Shown one piece after another: positions 27,819 to 37,442 of a stretch of DNA of 64,000 nt. The stretch comes from Desulfobacterales bacterium (GTDB taxonomy: Bacteria > Desulfobacterota > Desulfobacteria > Desulfobacterales > UBA2245). Every line of letters starts with the position of its first letter. The stretch's first letter is position 1. The stretch covers positions 62,001-126,000 of the forward strand of contig JAXGZF010000003.1 of NCBI GenBank assembly GCA_040771865.1. Reading direction: 5' to 3'. The notes under the pieces were generated by a model. The model was given only the letters and a program-made list of their open reading frames with translations. It made no database searches and was not told the DNA's origin. The translations under genes and the position numbers were made by a program.

Positions 27819-29361
27819 ATTTTTCGGAAGTGTCGGCAATCGGGTGAAGCTCCCAGATGGGAAGATCGGCTTCGCCCTGTCTTTTTTCTGCCCGCCGGGT
27901 TTCTTCCCGGTGAACGCTCAGCGAAAGATAGATCAGGGCGGCCCGCACCATCTTGAGGATCTGCAGGGTCTTGGCCTGAAAATCCGTGATCGATACCGAA
28001 AATACGAGCTGCCCCTTGGCCGGCTTGGCGGCCGACGTTGAATCCTTTTGCAGCTTGAAATACCGGTGCTCCATATAGTTTCGAATGCCGTGAAGTTTTC
28101 GGGCCTCGGGTTCAAGGGCCTCTTCGAATCCGGGTTTGGCCTCGTAAAGATCCTTGCACAGCCAGTACAGCCCCCGCAGCGGCCAGTTCTGAAGATCCGC
28201 CAGCTGGGGACGCAGGGTTTTGACGCTGCCCGTGGGTTCGTGCCACAGGGTTCTGGCGTTGATCTTCTTGTCCGGAACGTCCAGGCTCAGATAGTTTTTC
28301 AGGAAAAACGCGATCTTGTCAAAAATGGCATAGGCCACGCGAAAGGCGATCTTGACCTTTTCGGCGGCAAGGCCGTAGACCGGATGGTCCAGGGTGTCGT
28401 ACAACAGCACGTTCCGGTCCGAAAAATGGGTCTGGTCGCAGATGATTCCCTCATAATACAGCCATCGGGCCGATACGAACTCCTGTTTCATCAGGTTGAA
28501 AAATCCGTGATAATCCGGCGCGTCTTCCTGTCTGACCACCATGGCCGGCAGGGACAGGCTGTCCGAGGCCCCCGTCCGGCCGGGCGTCAGGTCGTTGAGC
28601 GGATTGATGAACAGTCGGTTTTCCAGACACCAGGACCGGTATTCCGCTTCCGGTTGCGCCGCTTCGGGATCGCCCCCATCGAGGTCCGGAAAGGCTGCCG
28701 AATGCCGGTCAAACACGGACCGAAGATCGAAGAGGTATTCGGAAAACAGGGCTCTGGCCGATGGGTTCAGGTCCTGCTTCAGGGCCTGGTCCAGGTCTTC
28801 CATGGCCTTTCGAAGAAAAATCATGGCCTGGGTTTCGTCATATAGGCTGTGGGCATAGTGTATCCGCACATACCCGCGGTTTCCCCGGGCCAGGGCAAAG
28901 CCGGGGTTTTCCGACAGGGCCCGGTCCCAGTAAGCCAGTGCCTCGACAAACCGGCCCACATGGCTCATGGTTGCGGCCAGGTTCGCGTAAACCGGGCATG
29001 GATTGATTTTGCCCCGCTCCGAAGCCGCCATGGCCTGATAGACGTTAAGGGACCGGCGAAGCCAGATCATCTGCTTTTCGACCGCCTCGTCGTCCCAGCG
29101 CCAGAGATCCGTGTCGTTCCGGATCGACAGTTTATGCAGGTTGCCCCAGATATTGGAAACATGATAATAGAAGATCGTCTTTTGCGCGTCGGTCAGGGGC
29201 CGTTCCGCCAGCTGATCGGCCAGAAGGAGCGCCTGCCTGAGGCCCTTTTCTTTCCTGGCCTCAAAGGCGGCGTCGGCCATCAGGCCGATATGGGCCACGG
29301 CCTGATCCGTATTCAGGGCGGAAATATTTTTGATGCTTACAAGTTTCTGGTATGAATTCAT
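27817..29361 (-). CDS. TPR + LA2681-like HEPN domain protein (predicted RNase)
   Basis: TPR (YANLAATMSHVGRFVEALAYWDRAL), YRSWCLENRLFINPLND, FNLMKQEFVSARWL, NWPLRGLYWL, RxxxxH motif RNYMEH; start set at ATG 29361. Confidence 0.82.
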   Translation of the reverse strand: MNSYQKLVSIKNISALNTDQAVAHIGLMADAAFEARKEKGLRQALLLADQLAERPLTDAQKTIFYYHVSNIWGNLHKLSIRNDTDLWRWDDEAVEKQMIWLRRSLNVYQAMAASERGKINPCPVYANLAATMSHVGRFVEALAYWDRALSENPGFALARGNRGYVRIHYAHSLYDETQAMIFLRKAMEDLDQALKQDLNPSARALFSEYLFDLRSVFDRHSAAFPDLDGGDPEAAQPEAEYRSWCLENRLFINPLNDLTPGRTGASDSLSLPAMVVRQEDAPDYHGFFNLMKQEFVSARWLYYEGIICDQTHFSDRNVLLYDTLDHPVYGLAAEKVKIAFRVAYAIFDKIAFFLKNYLSLDVPDKKINARTLWHEPTGSVKTLRPQLADLQNWPLRGLYWLCKDLYEAKPGFEEALEPEARKLHGIRNYMEHRYFKLQKDSTSAAKPAKGQLVFSVSITDFQAKTLQILKMVRAALIYLSLSVHREETRRAEKRQGEADLPIWELHPIADTSEK

Positions 29362-29526
29362 CTTTTTCGGCAACCCGCAGCGTGTGTATTTTACCCGTCC
29401 AATGTACCCGGATGCCGAATTCGGCGCAAGCCCAATTGTGGAAGGATGATCCGGCCGTTTCGGGTTTTTGAATTTTGCTGGTTGTTTATTGAGTGATACA
29501 GAAAGGCGGTTTTGATGCGTTCCGGA

Positions 29527-30171
29527 ATGAAAACCTGCATCTTTGACGTTAACGGGGTCTTGATCGACTCCAATACGGCCAACGCTCAAGCCATGGCCGA
29601 GGCCTTCACCGACCGGCCGGACCTGCGGGAAAAGATCGCCGGCATCTACCTGACCCTGACCGGCATCGACCGGGGGACCAAGATACGGCACATTCAGGAG
29701 CGTGCCATCGGGACGCCTTTCGAGGAAGGCGAATTCGAGCTGAGGTGGCAGCGGTTCAAGTCCCTTTCCGGCGCGAGCATGCGCAGAGCCGGGCTGACCC
29801 GTGGCTGCAAGGCGGTTCTGGATGAGCTGGGACGCCGGGGGATCCGGCGCGTGGCCCTTTCTAACACGCCCCTGGAAGAGCTTTCAAAAACCGTGGCCGC
29901 CAAAGGAATCAACGCATCGCTTGACGTGGTGCGCGGCGGCGGGGACTGGTCGAAAAGCGAATCCCTGCGCCGGCTTTTAAAAGAATTTGAAATGGACCCG
30001 GATCATTGCGTGTTTGTCGGAGACGGCCGCGGGGATCTGACGGCGGCTCAGGATTCAGGGGTCTTTTTTGTGGGCATCGATCCGAACACGGGGGAATTTG
30101 ACGGCCGAAGCGGTTTTGACGGCCCTTACCCCGCCCTGGCGGACTGGGCCAGGGAATGGAAGATCCTCTGA
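29527..30171 (+). CDS. HAD-superfamily hydrolase
   Basis: IFDVNGVLIDS, ALSN, K, FVGDGRGD motifs. Confidence 0.85.
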   Translation: MKTCIFDVNGVLIDSNTANAQAMAEAFTDRPDLREKIAGIYLTLTGIDRGTKIRHIQERAIGTPFEEGEFELRWQRFKSLSGASMRRAGLTRGCKAVLDELGRRGIRRVALSNTPLEELSKTVAAKGINASLDVVRGGGDWSKSESLRRLLKEFEMDPDHCVFVGDGRGDLTAAQDSGVFFVGIDPNTGEFDGRSGFDGPYPALADWAREWKIL

Positions 30172-30348
30172 AACGATTTGAGCAGACGGCGAAGCGGAAG
30201 CACTTTCATTTTCCCGGCGGTTGAAAAACAAGAACCCGGTTGTCGGGCAAGGCGTGCGGAGATGCGACAAGCGCGGCATATTCAAGCATTTGTGAGCGTT
30301 GGTGAGAGTCGCGCAACGCTGCATGGCGGCCCTGGCGCAGTTTTTCAG

Positions 30349-31005
30349 TTAAAACCCCAGATCCTCGTTGATCAGCACCACATGGATCCGTTCCCTGGGA
30401 AATGATTTTTCCGTAATCGTCCAGGTGTTGCAGATGCGGTCCGGGCTGCTGCAGCCCATGCAGCGGCCTGTTTTCATGCACGGGGTTTTGAAGTTCACAT
30501 GCCGGATCGCATTCACCGGCGCGGCATAGGATCGAATCCGCTTCATCGCCGCATCGACATCGGCAACGAGCTTGTTTCTGCCGGCCAGTATCACGACATG
30601 TTTCGGACCGAAGGCGATGCCCCCCACGCGGTTGCCGATCATATCCAGATTCACAAGCTGCCCCGCCTCCGTCACCGCGTTGCTTCCCGTAAAAAACAGG
30701 TCGACCCGCAGGGCCTGCCTGCGGCGTTCGATTTTTTCTTCAAAGGAAAGATCCTGTGCAAAGGTTTCCAGCACTCTGATGTGAGGATTTCGCCGGATTT
30801 CATTCAGAACCCCGGTGGCGTGAAGGGTGATCGAATCTCCCCATGAAACGCTTTGAACCGGAACATGGGGCAGAATCTGTTCTATGACGATGCCTCTGGC
30901 GTCGTCGCGGTTTTCGGCAAGCCAGGCGCCGAAGTGATTGTCTTTCAGCGCTCGAATGCATCTTTCAAGCCGCAGCTTCCAGTATGTGTTCAGATCAGTC
31001 TTCAT
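30349..31005 (-). CDS. LUD-domain (lactate utilization LutC/YkgG-like) protein
   Basis: FTGSNAVTEAGQLVNLDMIGNRV, FGPKHV, GRNKLV, TPCMKTGRCMGCSSPDRIC. Confidence 0.85.
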   Translation of the reverse strand: MKTDLNTYWKLRLERCIRALKDNHFGAWLAENRDDARGIVIEQILPHVPVQSVSWGDSITLHATGVLNEIRRNPHIRVLETFAQDLSFEEKIERRRQALRVDLFFTGSNAVTEAGQLVNLDMIGNRVGGIAFGPKHVVILAGRNKLVADVDAAMKRIRSYAAPVNAIRHVNFKTPCMKTGRCMGCSSPDRICNTWTITEKSFPRERIHVVLINEDLGF

Positions 31006-31039
31006 ATCGCGTCGGGTCCTGTTTGGGTTTCGATGCCCG

Positions 31040-34000
31040 TCATCCGGCGTTCACACGGTGATAGATATCCTGCAACATGTTTTTCGCCTCAAGCAGCCGC
31101 CCGGCCAGGGTGCGCTTTTCCAGGACGGCTCTCAGGCTCTGGTCCGGCGTAAAGGCGAATTTTTTCCGGTCGGCGAGGGCCATTTCCACAAGCCCTACGG
31201 GGTTTTTCTGATGGGCCTCGGAAAATGCCAGAATCAGACAGGAATCGGTTAGGTCCAGCCGCCGGACTCCCGCTCGGACCGACAGGATCTTGAGCATGAA
31301 CTTGAGAAAGAGGTTTCCCGCTTCCTCGGGAGGATTTCCGAAACGGTCGATCAGTTCGGATTTTAAATCCGCGATCTCCTTGAGCTCGGTCATTCTGGAC
31401 AGCCGCCGGTACAGGGAAAGCCGCTGATCGATGTCCGGAACATAGGACTCGGGAATAAAGGCCGATATGGGCACGTTGATTTCCGGCTCCAGGGGCTCGG
31501 GCGCGGCTTCGCCCTTGAGCTCGGCCACGGCGCTTTCCATGAGCTTGAGATACATGTCGTAACCGACGGCGGCGATATGCCCGGACTGGGAAGCGCCCAG
31601 AATGGCGCCGCCGCCCCGGATCTTCAGGTCGCTCATGGCGATCTGGAACCCGGCGCCGAGATCCGTGTGCTCCATGAGCACCTTGAGCCGCTTCTGGGCC
31701 TGTTCGGTCAGGACGGTGTCTCTGGGAATAAAAAGATAGGCATAGGCCTGCTCGCCGGCGCGTCCGACCCGGCCCCGAAGCTGGTAGATCTGGGCCAGCC
31801 CCAGCCGGTCGGCCCGGTTGATCAGAATGGTGTTGGCGGCCGGAATGTCCAGCCCGGATTCGATGATCGTGGTGCAGACCAGCAGATCGATCTCCCGGTT
31901 GATGAACCGCAGCATGGCCTTTTCCAGCTCGTCTTCGCTCATCCGGCCGTGAGCCACCTCCAGCCGCACCTCGGGCACGATATCCTGAATGCGCCGGGCC
32001 ACGGACCAGATCGAATCGATCTGGTTGTGAACAAAGAATATCTGACCCTTTCTTTCGATCTCTCGGCGCACGGCATCCCGAATGATCGCGTCGTCCGGCT
32101 CGCAGATACAGGTCTGAATCGGCCGGCGCTGTTCCGGCGGCGTGTTGATCAGGCTGATATCCCGAATTCCGGTCAGAGACATGTGGAGGGTGCGCGGAAT
32201 CGGCGTGGCGCTCAGGGCCAGCACGTCCACGCTGCTGCGCATTTTTTTGAGTTTTTCCTTGTGCTTGACGCCGAAGCGCTGCTCCTCGTCGATCACGACC
32301 AGGCCCAGATCCTTGAATCCCACGTCCTTTTGAAGCAGACGGTGCGTGCCGATCACGATGTCGACCTTACCGGCCTTGATATCCTCGACGATGGCCCGCT
32401 GCTGCCGGGCCGACCGGAACCGGCTCAGGCATTCCACGCGCACGGGATAACCCTCGAACCTTGCGGAAAAGGTCGCAAAATGCTGCTCGGCCAGAACCGT
32501 GGTCGGTGCCAGGACCGCCGCCTGCTTCCCGTCGTTGACCGCCAGAAAAGCGGCCCGAAGCGCCACCTCGGTCTTTCCGTATCCCACATCCCCGCAGATC
32601 AGCCGGTCCATGGGAGCCGCCCTGCGCATGTCAGCGATGACCTCCTCGATGGCGCGAAGCTGATCCTCGGTCTCGTCGTAGGGAAATCCCGCCTCGAAAT
32701 CCCTGAAATAGCTGTCCGCGGCGCTGAACGCATGCCCCTTCTGAATGGAACGGGCCGCATAGAGTTTCAGCAGATCCGCGGCGATGAGCTCGACCGATTT
32801 TTTGATTCGGGTTTTCACCCGTTCCCAGGATTTTCCGCCCAGCTTGTCCAGAATCGGCGTATACCCCTCAAGCCCCATGTATTTCTGGACCAGGCCCATC
32901 CGCTCCACGGGCAGGTAGAGCCGGTCTTGGTCCCGGTAGTTGAGCTGCAGAAAATCGTTTTCAGCCCCTTCGACCTTCAATTTGACCAGCCCCTCGTAGC
33001 GCCCGATGCCGTGATCGACATGCACCACCAGATCGCCCTGCTGAAGCTCCTCGAGGTTGAGCACATCGGCCCGGACCCTGGGCCGCGTCGCCTTTCCTAT
33101 GCGGTGCGCGGGGCCGAATATTTCGGCCTCGGTAATGATGCTCAGACCTTCCGATGGCCAGACAAACCCCGAGGAAAGCCGGCCCAGACAGCCCTGGACC
33201 CGGTCAGACCTGAAACCGGATTCCGGCATGCGATCCGCCCACTTCATGCGAATTCCGTAGGGAGAAAGCAGGTCTTCCAGCCGTCCGGCCTGAAGCCGGC
33301 TGGTGCATGCCACCACCGGCGCCGATCCGGCCTGGCGCTGTTTCTGAATCCACTGCACGAGCGGCAGCAGCAGATGCTCCTTTTCCCTGCGGTTTTTGAT
33401 GTCCGCCCGAATGTCGGCATTGTCGCCGATCGAAAATTGAAAGACCGGCTCGTCTCTGCGTTCGACGGCAATGGCCTGAATGGAAAGACGTTTTTTCCCG
33501 GCCGCCTGTTGAAGGACTTCCGGCCAGTTCAGAAACCGCTTTTCCGGCGCTGCGCAGATTCGCTGCTCCGTGCGGCCTTCCAGAAAGTGCCTGTCGGCCT
33601 GATCCAGGTATTTTTCCACGGAGGTTTGAAGGGCATCCGGCTCGACCAGAACCAGGATGGCATTTTCGGCCAGATAGTCGAACAGGGTTCCCGGCTCCGG
33701 GTAAATCAGGGGCAGCAGGGCTTCGATGCCCGGAACCGCGTCCTGCTTCTTGACGCGGTCGATCAGGTCACGAATCCGGGTCAGGGGAATCTCCTGCTCG
33801 GCCGCCTGATGCCGGATCCGGTCCACGATTCGCGGAATGTGTTTTGGGGAAACAACGGCCTCCCGGGCCGGAAGAATGACCGCCTCATCGGCGTCTTCAA
33901 GCTTTCTCTGACTGTCCGGGGCAAAAAACCGCAGGGAATCCACCGTATCCCCGAAAAATTCCATGCGGACCGGATTCGGATACTGGGGGGAGAACACATC

Positions 34001-34534
34001 CAGGATGCCGCCGCGCAGGGAAAACTCGCCGGGCTCCTCGACAATGCCCGTCCGGGAGTATCCTCCGGAAACCAGCTTTGAAACCAGCGCATCCCGGTCG
34101 GTCTCCTCCCCGGCCATTACCAGCTCGGCAAAACCGGTCAGTTCGCTTCCGGGAATCAGCCTCTGAATGAGGGCCTCCGCCGGCGCGACCACTATGGGAA
34201 CGCCGCCGGACATCAGCCGGTAGAGAACGGATATTCTCTGGGCCGCGATTTCGTTGCGGCCGGACATGAACTTGAACGGCGAAACAGGATAGGCCGGAAA
34301 ATACGCCGCGGCCGTCCGGCCGCCTGAAAAAAACTGCAGATCTTCGATACACCGCGTGGCCTCGGCCGCCGACGGCACAACCACCAGGACGGGCCGGCGG
34401 GATTCCCGGTAAAGCCGCTCGACCAGCCAGGCCCTTTCGGAGCCCCGAAGCCCCGCGCACCGGGCCGCGTCGATCCGGGCGGGAAAGGCCTTGAGCCACT
34501 GGGCTATTGAAATTTCTTCTTGATTTTGCGCCAT
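31040..34534 (-). CDS. mfd: Transcription-repair coupling factor
   Basis: GEFSLRGGILDVF, GDLVVHVDHGIGRY, DRLICGDVGYGKTEVA, DEEQRFGV, SATPIPRTL, QLRGRVGR, TRCF C-terminus. Confidence 0.97.
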   Translation of the reverse strand: MAQNQEEISIAQWLKAFPARIDAARCAGLRGSERAWLVERLYRESRRPVLVVVPSAAEATRCIEDLQFFSGGRTAAAYFPAYPVSPFKFMSGRNEIAAQRISVLYRLMSGGVPIVVAPAEALIQRLIPGSELTGFAELVMAGEETDRDALVSKLVSGGYSRTGIVEEPGEFSLRGGILDVFSPQYPNPVRMEFFGDTVDSLRFFAPDSQRKLEDADEAVILPAREAVVSPKHIPRIVDRIRHQAAEQEIPLTRIRDLIDRVKKQDAVPGIEALLPLIYPEPGTLFDYLAENAILVLVEPDALQTSVEKYLDQADRHFLEGRTEQRICAAPEKRFLNWPEVLQQAAGKKRLSIQAIAVERRDEPVFQFSIGDNADIRADIKNRREKEHLLLPLVQWIQKQRQAGSAPVVACTSRLQAGRLEDLLSPYGIRMKWADRMPESGFRSDRVQGCLGRLSSGFVWPSEGLSIITEAEIFGPAHRIGKATRPRVRADVLNLEELQQGDLVVHVDHGIGRYEGLVKLKVEGAENDFLQLNYRDQDRLYLPVERMGLVQKYMGLEGYTPILDKLGGKSWERVKTRIKKSVELIAADLLKLYAARSIQKGHAFSAADSYFRDFEAGFPYDETEDQLRAIEEVIADMRRAAPMDRLICGDVGYGKTEVALRAAFLAVNDGKQAAVLAPTTVLAEQHFATFSARFEGYPVRVECLSRFRSARQQRAIVEDIKAGKVDIVIGTHRLLQKDVGFKDLGLVVIDEEQRFGVKHKEKLKKMRSSVDVLALSATPIPRTLHMSLTGIRDISLINTPPEQRRPIQTCICEPDDAIIRDAVRREIERKGQIFFVHNQIDSIWSVARRIQDIVPEVRLEVAHGRMSEDELEKAMLRFINREIDLLVCTTIIESGLDIPAANTILINRADRLGLAQIYQLRGRVGRAGEQAYAYLFIPRDTVLTEQAQKRLKVLMEHTDLGAGFQIAMSDLKIRGGGAILGASQSGHIAAVGYDMYLKLMESAVAELKGEAAPEPLEPEINVPISAFIPESYVPDIDQRLSLYRRLSRMTELKEIADLKSELIDRFGNPPEEAGNLFLKFMLKILSVRAGVRRLDLTDSCLILAFSEAHQKNPVGLVEMALADRKKFAFTPDQSLRAVLEKRTLAGRLLEAKNMLQDIYHRVNAG

Positions 34535-34559
34535 AAACACATTATGGATCACTTCTGTT

Positions 34560-34635
34560 GCCGGCGTAGCTCAGCAGGTAGAGCAGCTGATTCGTAATCA
34601 GCAGGTCAGCGGTTCGAATCCGCTCGCCGGCTCCA
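34560..34635 (+). tRNA. tRNA-Thr (anticodon CGT)
   Basis: Cloverleaf: acceptor GCCGGCG/CGCCGGC, anticodon arm GCTGA-TTCGTAA-TCAGC, TTCGAAT T-loop, encoded CCA; 76 nt. Confidence 0.96.
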
Positions 34636-35239
34636 GACTTTATATCGTACTTTCCTCTGGTTGTCTTCCCTCAACGGTTTTCCGCCGCTTCTTCAAATCC
34701 CCGCAAACTCCGGCATTTTATAGCCAGTTTGCGCTCCAAATGCGAACACGGTTTCGGGGCGCATTTAACCGGTTTCCCTCGCCGGTGTCAACAAACGAAA
34801 TCATCCTGCGGCCGTTTGCGGAGAACTCTGCAAGGGCAACGAAAAAAGATTCGACAGGGCAACATACCATTTTGTAAAAAATTTTCTTGACAGTCAAAAA
34901 GGTGAATTGTATCAAACCTTTTTGCACCATCAACGCTCCACAAGATTTATCAAACCGGCCCGTTTCAGTACGGTTTTTGATCGAAGAAATGAAGGATAAA
35001 GCCGGGAAACGCGCGTTGATTGAATGCAGTATATTAAACGACAGAGATGGAAGAAGGGGTCGAGCTGTTCGGCGGGCGGGAAAGAGCCGGTCGGTCTTTG
35101 GGCGGGGATGTCATTTTTCATTGAACGGATTCAACGCCTGCCGGGCGGATCATTCGCCCGCCCAAAACAGCGAGACCATGAGAACACGCAATTCCATGAG
35201 CCTTTCCAAAAATAAACCACTGAATCCAGCGGAGGAATT

Positions 35240-36946
35240 ATGCTGAAAGAAAAATTGCACAGCGTTATGGGCAGCATTGCAAGCGCTTACTTTCTTTTAC
35301 TGAGCGTTTCAGTTTTAACCTTTACTTTTGCCGTGAATGCTTTTGCCCTGTCTAATTCCACATTGAACGGCCAATATTACGGGGTAAGCTTCTACGCGGA
35401 CAATTGGACTTGCTTTGGAAGCGGCTTCTGTGATGGAAACGGCTCTTTGACCTATCAGCAAATCCAAACTTCTGACGGCATATTGGAAAACGGACAAGAA
35501 TCTTATTCGGTAAGCCCTGATGGAGCTTTCACGATGGGCAACAATAGAGGCGTGGTCAGTCCAGACGGCAACCTTGCTTTTGTGGTGGATTTAGCAGGAA
35601 CCGTTGGAATGGATATTCTGGTTAAGAAATCATCCGGTCTGTCCAATGCCACATTGAACGGCCAGTATTACTGGATGCAATTCTCCGAAGATGATGGTCA
35701 AACGCTTTATGGAAGCTGCGTTTTTGATGGAAAGGGGTCTGCGACCTATCAGATAATCCAAGCTTCTGACGGTGAATTGGGGAGCGGAAAAGAATTTTTT
35801 ACGGTGAGTCCCGATGGGGAGTGTTTGAGCGGAAACAAAAGAGGCGTGGTAAGTCCCGACGGCAATTTTGCTTTTTTGGTGAGTGGAACTGAAAGCGAAC
35901 TGCTTATTCTTGTTAAGAAATCATCCGGTCTGTCTAATGCCATATTGAACGGCGAGTATTACGATGTCAATTTCTTCGCGGATGATTGGACTGGTTTTAC
36001 AAATGTCGCCTTTGATGGAAAGGGGTCTGCGACCTATCAGGCAATCCAAACTTCCGACGGTGAATTGGAAAGCGGACAAGATTTTTATTCGGTGAGTTCC
36101 GATGGCGCTTTCACGGTGGGCGACAACAGAGGCGTAGTCAGTCCAGACGGCAACTTTGTTTTTATGGTGGATTTATCAGGAACCGTTGGAATGGATATCC
36201 TGACAAAAAAATCATTGGCGGATGATGATCCCGGCGACTTTGATGAGGAACAGTATCTGCTCAACAACCCGGACGTGGCTCAGGCGGTATATGACGGATA
36301 TTTTGCCAGCGGATGGGAGCATTACGACTTGTACGGTCGAGCCGAGGGCAGGAGCTATGCCGCGCCGTCAGATTCCGGCGACTTCAACGAAGCGCAGTAT
36401 CTGCTCAACAACCCGGACGTGGCTCAGGCGGTATATGACGGATATTTTGCCAGCGGATGGGAGCATTACAATGCGTATGGTCGAGCCGAGGGCAGGAGCT
36501 ATGCCGCGCCGTCAGATCCTGGCGACTTCAACGAAGCGCAGTATCTGCTCAACAACCCGGACGTGGCCCAGGCGATATATGACGGATATTTTGCCAGCGG
36601 ATGGGAGCATTACAATGCGTATGGTCGAGCCGAGGGCAGGAGCTATGCCGCGCCGTCAGATCCTGGCGACTTCAACGAAGCGCAGTACCTGCTCAACAAC
36701 CCGGACGTGGCCCAGGCGGTATATGACGGATATTTTGCCAGCGGATGGGAGCATTACAATGCGTATGGTCGAGCCGAGGGCAGGAGCTATGCCGCGCCGT
36801 CAGATCCTGGCGACTTCAACGAAGCGCAGTACCTGCTCAACAACCCGGACGTGGCCCAGGCGGTATATGACGGATATTTTGCCAGCGGATGGGAGCATTA
36901 CGACTTGTACGGTCGAGCCGAGGGCAGGAGCTATGCCGCGCCCTGA
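35240..36946 (+). CDS. Secreted protein: three ~96-aa beta-rich repeats plus five 48-aa C-terminal repeats
   Basis: Signal peptide ending AFA; LSN.TLNG.Y...GVVSPDGN x3; FNEAQYLLNNPDV...HY..YGRAEGR x5. Confidence 0.85.
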   Translation: MLKEKLHSVMGSIASAYFLLLSVSVLTFTFAVNAFALSNSTLNGQYYGVSFYADNWTCFGSGFCDGNGSLTYQQIQTSDGILENGQESYSVSPDGAFTMGNNRGVVSPDGNLAFVVDLAGTVGMDILVKKSSGLSNATLNGQYYWMQFSEDDGQTLYGSCVFDGKGSATYQIIQASDGELGSGKEFFTVSPDGECLSGNKRGVVSPDGNFAFLVSGTESELLILVKKSSGLSNAILNGEYYDVNFFADDWTGFTNVAFDGKGSATYQAIQTSDGELESGQDFYSVSSDGAFTVGDNRGVVSPDGNFVFMVDLSGTVGMDILTKKSLADDDPGDFDEEQYLLNNPDVAQAVYDGYFASGWEHYDLYGRAEGRSYAAPSDSGDFNEAQYLLNNPDVAQAVYDGYFASGWEHYNAYGRAEGRSYAAPSDPGDFNEAQYLLNNPDVAQAIYDGYFASGWEHYNAYGRAEGRSYAAPSDPGDFNEAQYLLNNPDVAQAVYDGYFASGWEHYNAYGRAEGRSYAAPSDPGDFNEAQYLLNNPDVAQAVYDGYFASGWEHYDLYGRAEGRSYAAP

Positions 36947-36951
36947 TCCTT
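36229..36951 (+). repeat. Five 144-bp tandem units; copy 1 of a 723-bp direct repeat
   Basis: 144-bp periodicity; matches 39695-40417 at offset 3466. Confidence 0.95.
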
Positions 36952-37405
36952 TTTTGCAGGGCATCAACCGAATTGGTAGGGGAGTTCATCGGCAATGTCT
37001 TCGGTGTTCCAATCTCCACCGGCGGCATTTAGAAATTGGTTGATCGGGTTTCAGCGGCGCTATACCCGGTGCATGCGGCGATCGGCGACAGGGCGCGTCG
37101 GGCGCTGGTCAACCATATGGGGATGAGACCGGCAAACTGGCCCGCGAGGCGCTTCGGGAAATAGACAGCCTGTGGGTGTTTTTGGATGAGGCCGGGGTCG
37201 AGCCGACCAATAACCGGGCCGAACGGGCGTTGCGCTTTGCCGTATTGTGGCGCAAGCGTTCCAACGGTACCCAGAGCGATAAAGGCAATCGCTGGGTGGA
37301 GCGGCTTTTGAGCTTCCGACAGACCTGCCGGCTGCGGGCGCAGGCCGCCTTCCCCTTGCTGGTGGAAATCTTGAAAGCCTATTTATAGCTACACCCCGTG
37401 CTTAC
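36952..37405 (+). mobile_element. IS66-family transposase remnant (3' fragment)
   Basis: VEPTNNRAERALRFAVLWRK.S.GTQS.KG signature; possible terminus ...CCCCGTGCTTAC (reverse complement starts GTAA). Confidence 0.78.
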
Positions 37406-37442
37406 TAATTTTTAGCATACATGATAAGGAGATAGAGTAATA

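Noticed and set aside
29362..29691. 110-aa N-terminal extension of the HEPN ORF in the track
   Set aside because: It overlaps the divergent HAD gene; ATG 29361 is the more plausible start
31577..34081. 834-aa plus-strand ORF
   Set aside because: Antisense shadow of mfd in GC-rich sequence; no motifs
36222..37043. Alternative-frame ORFs through the 144-bp repeats (also 39676..40428)
   Set aside because: They are open only because the repeat unit lacks a stop in that frame; they shadow the real CDS
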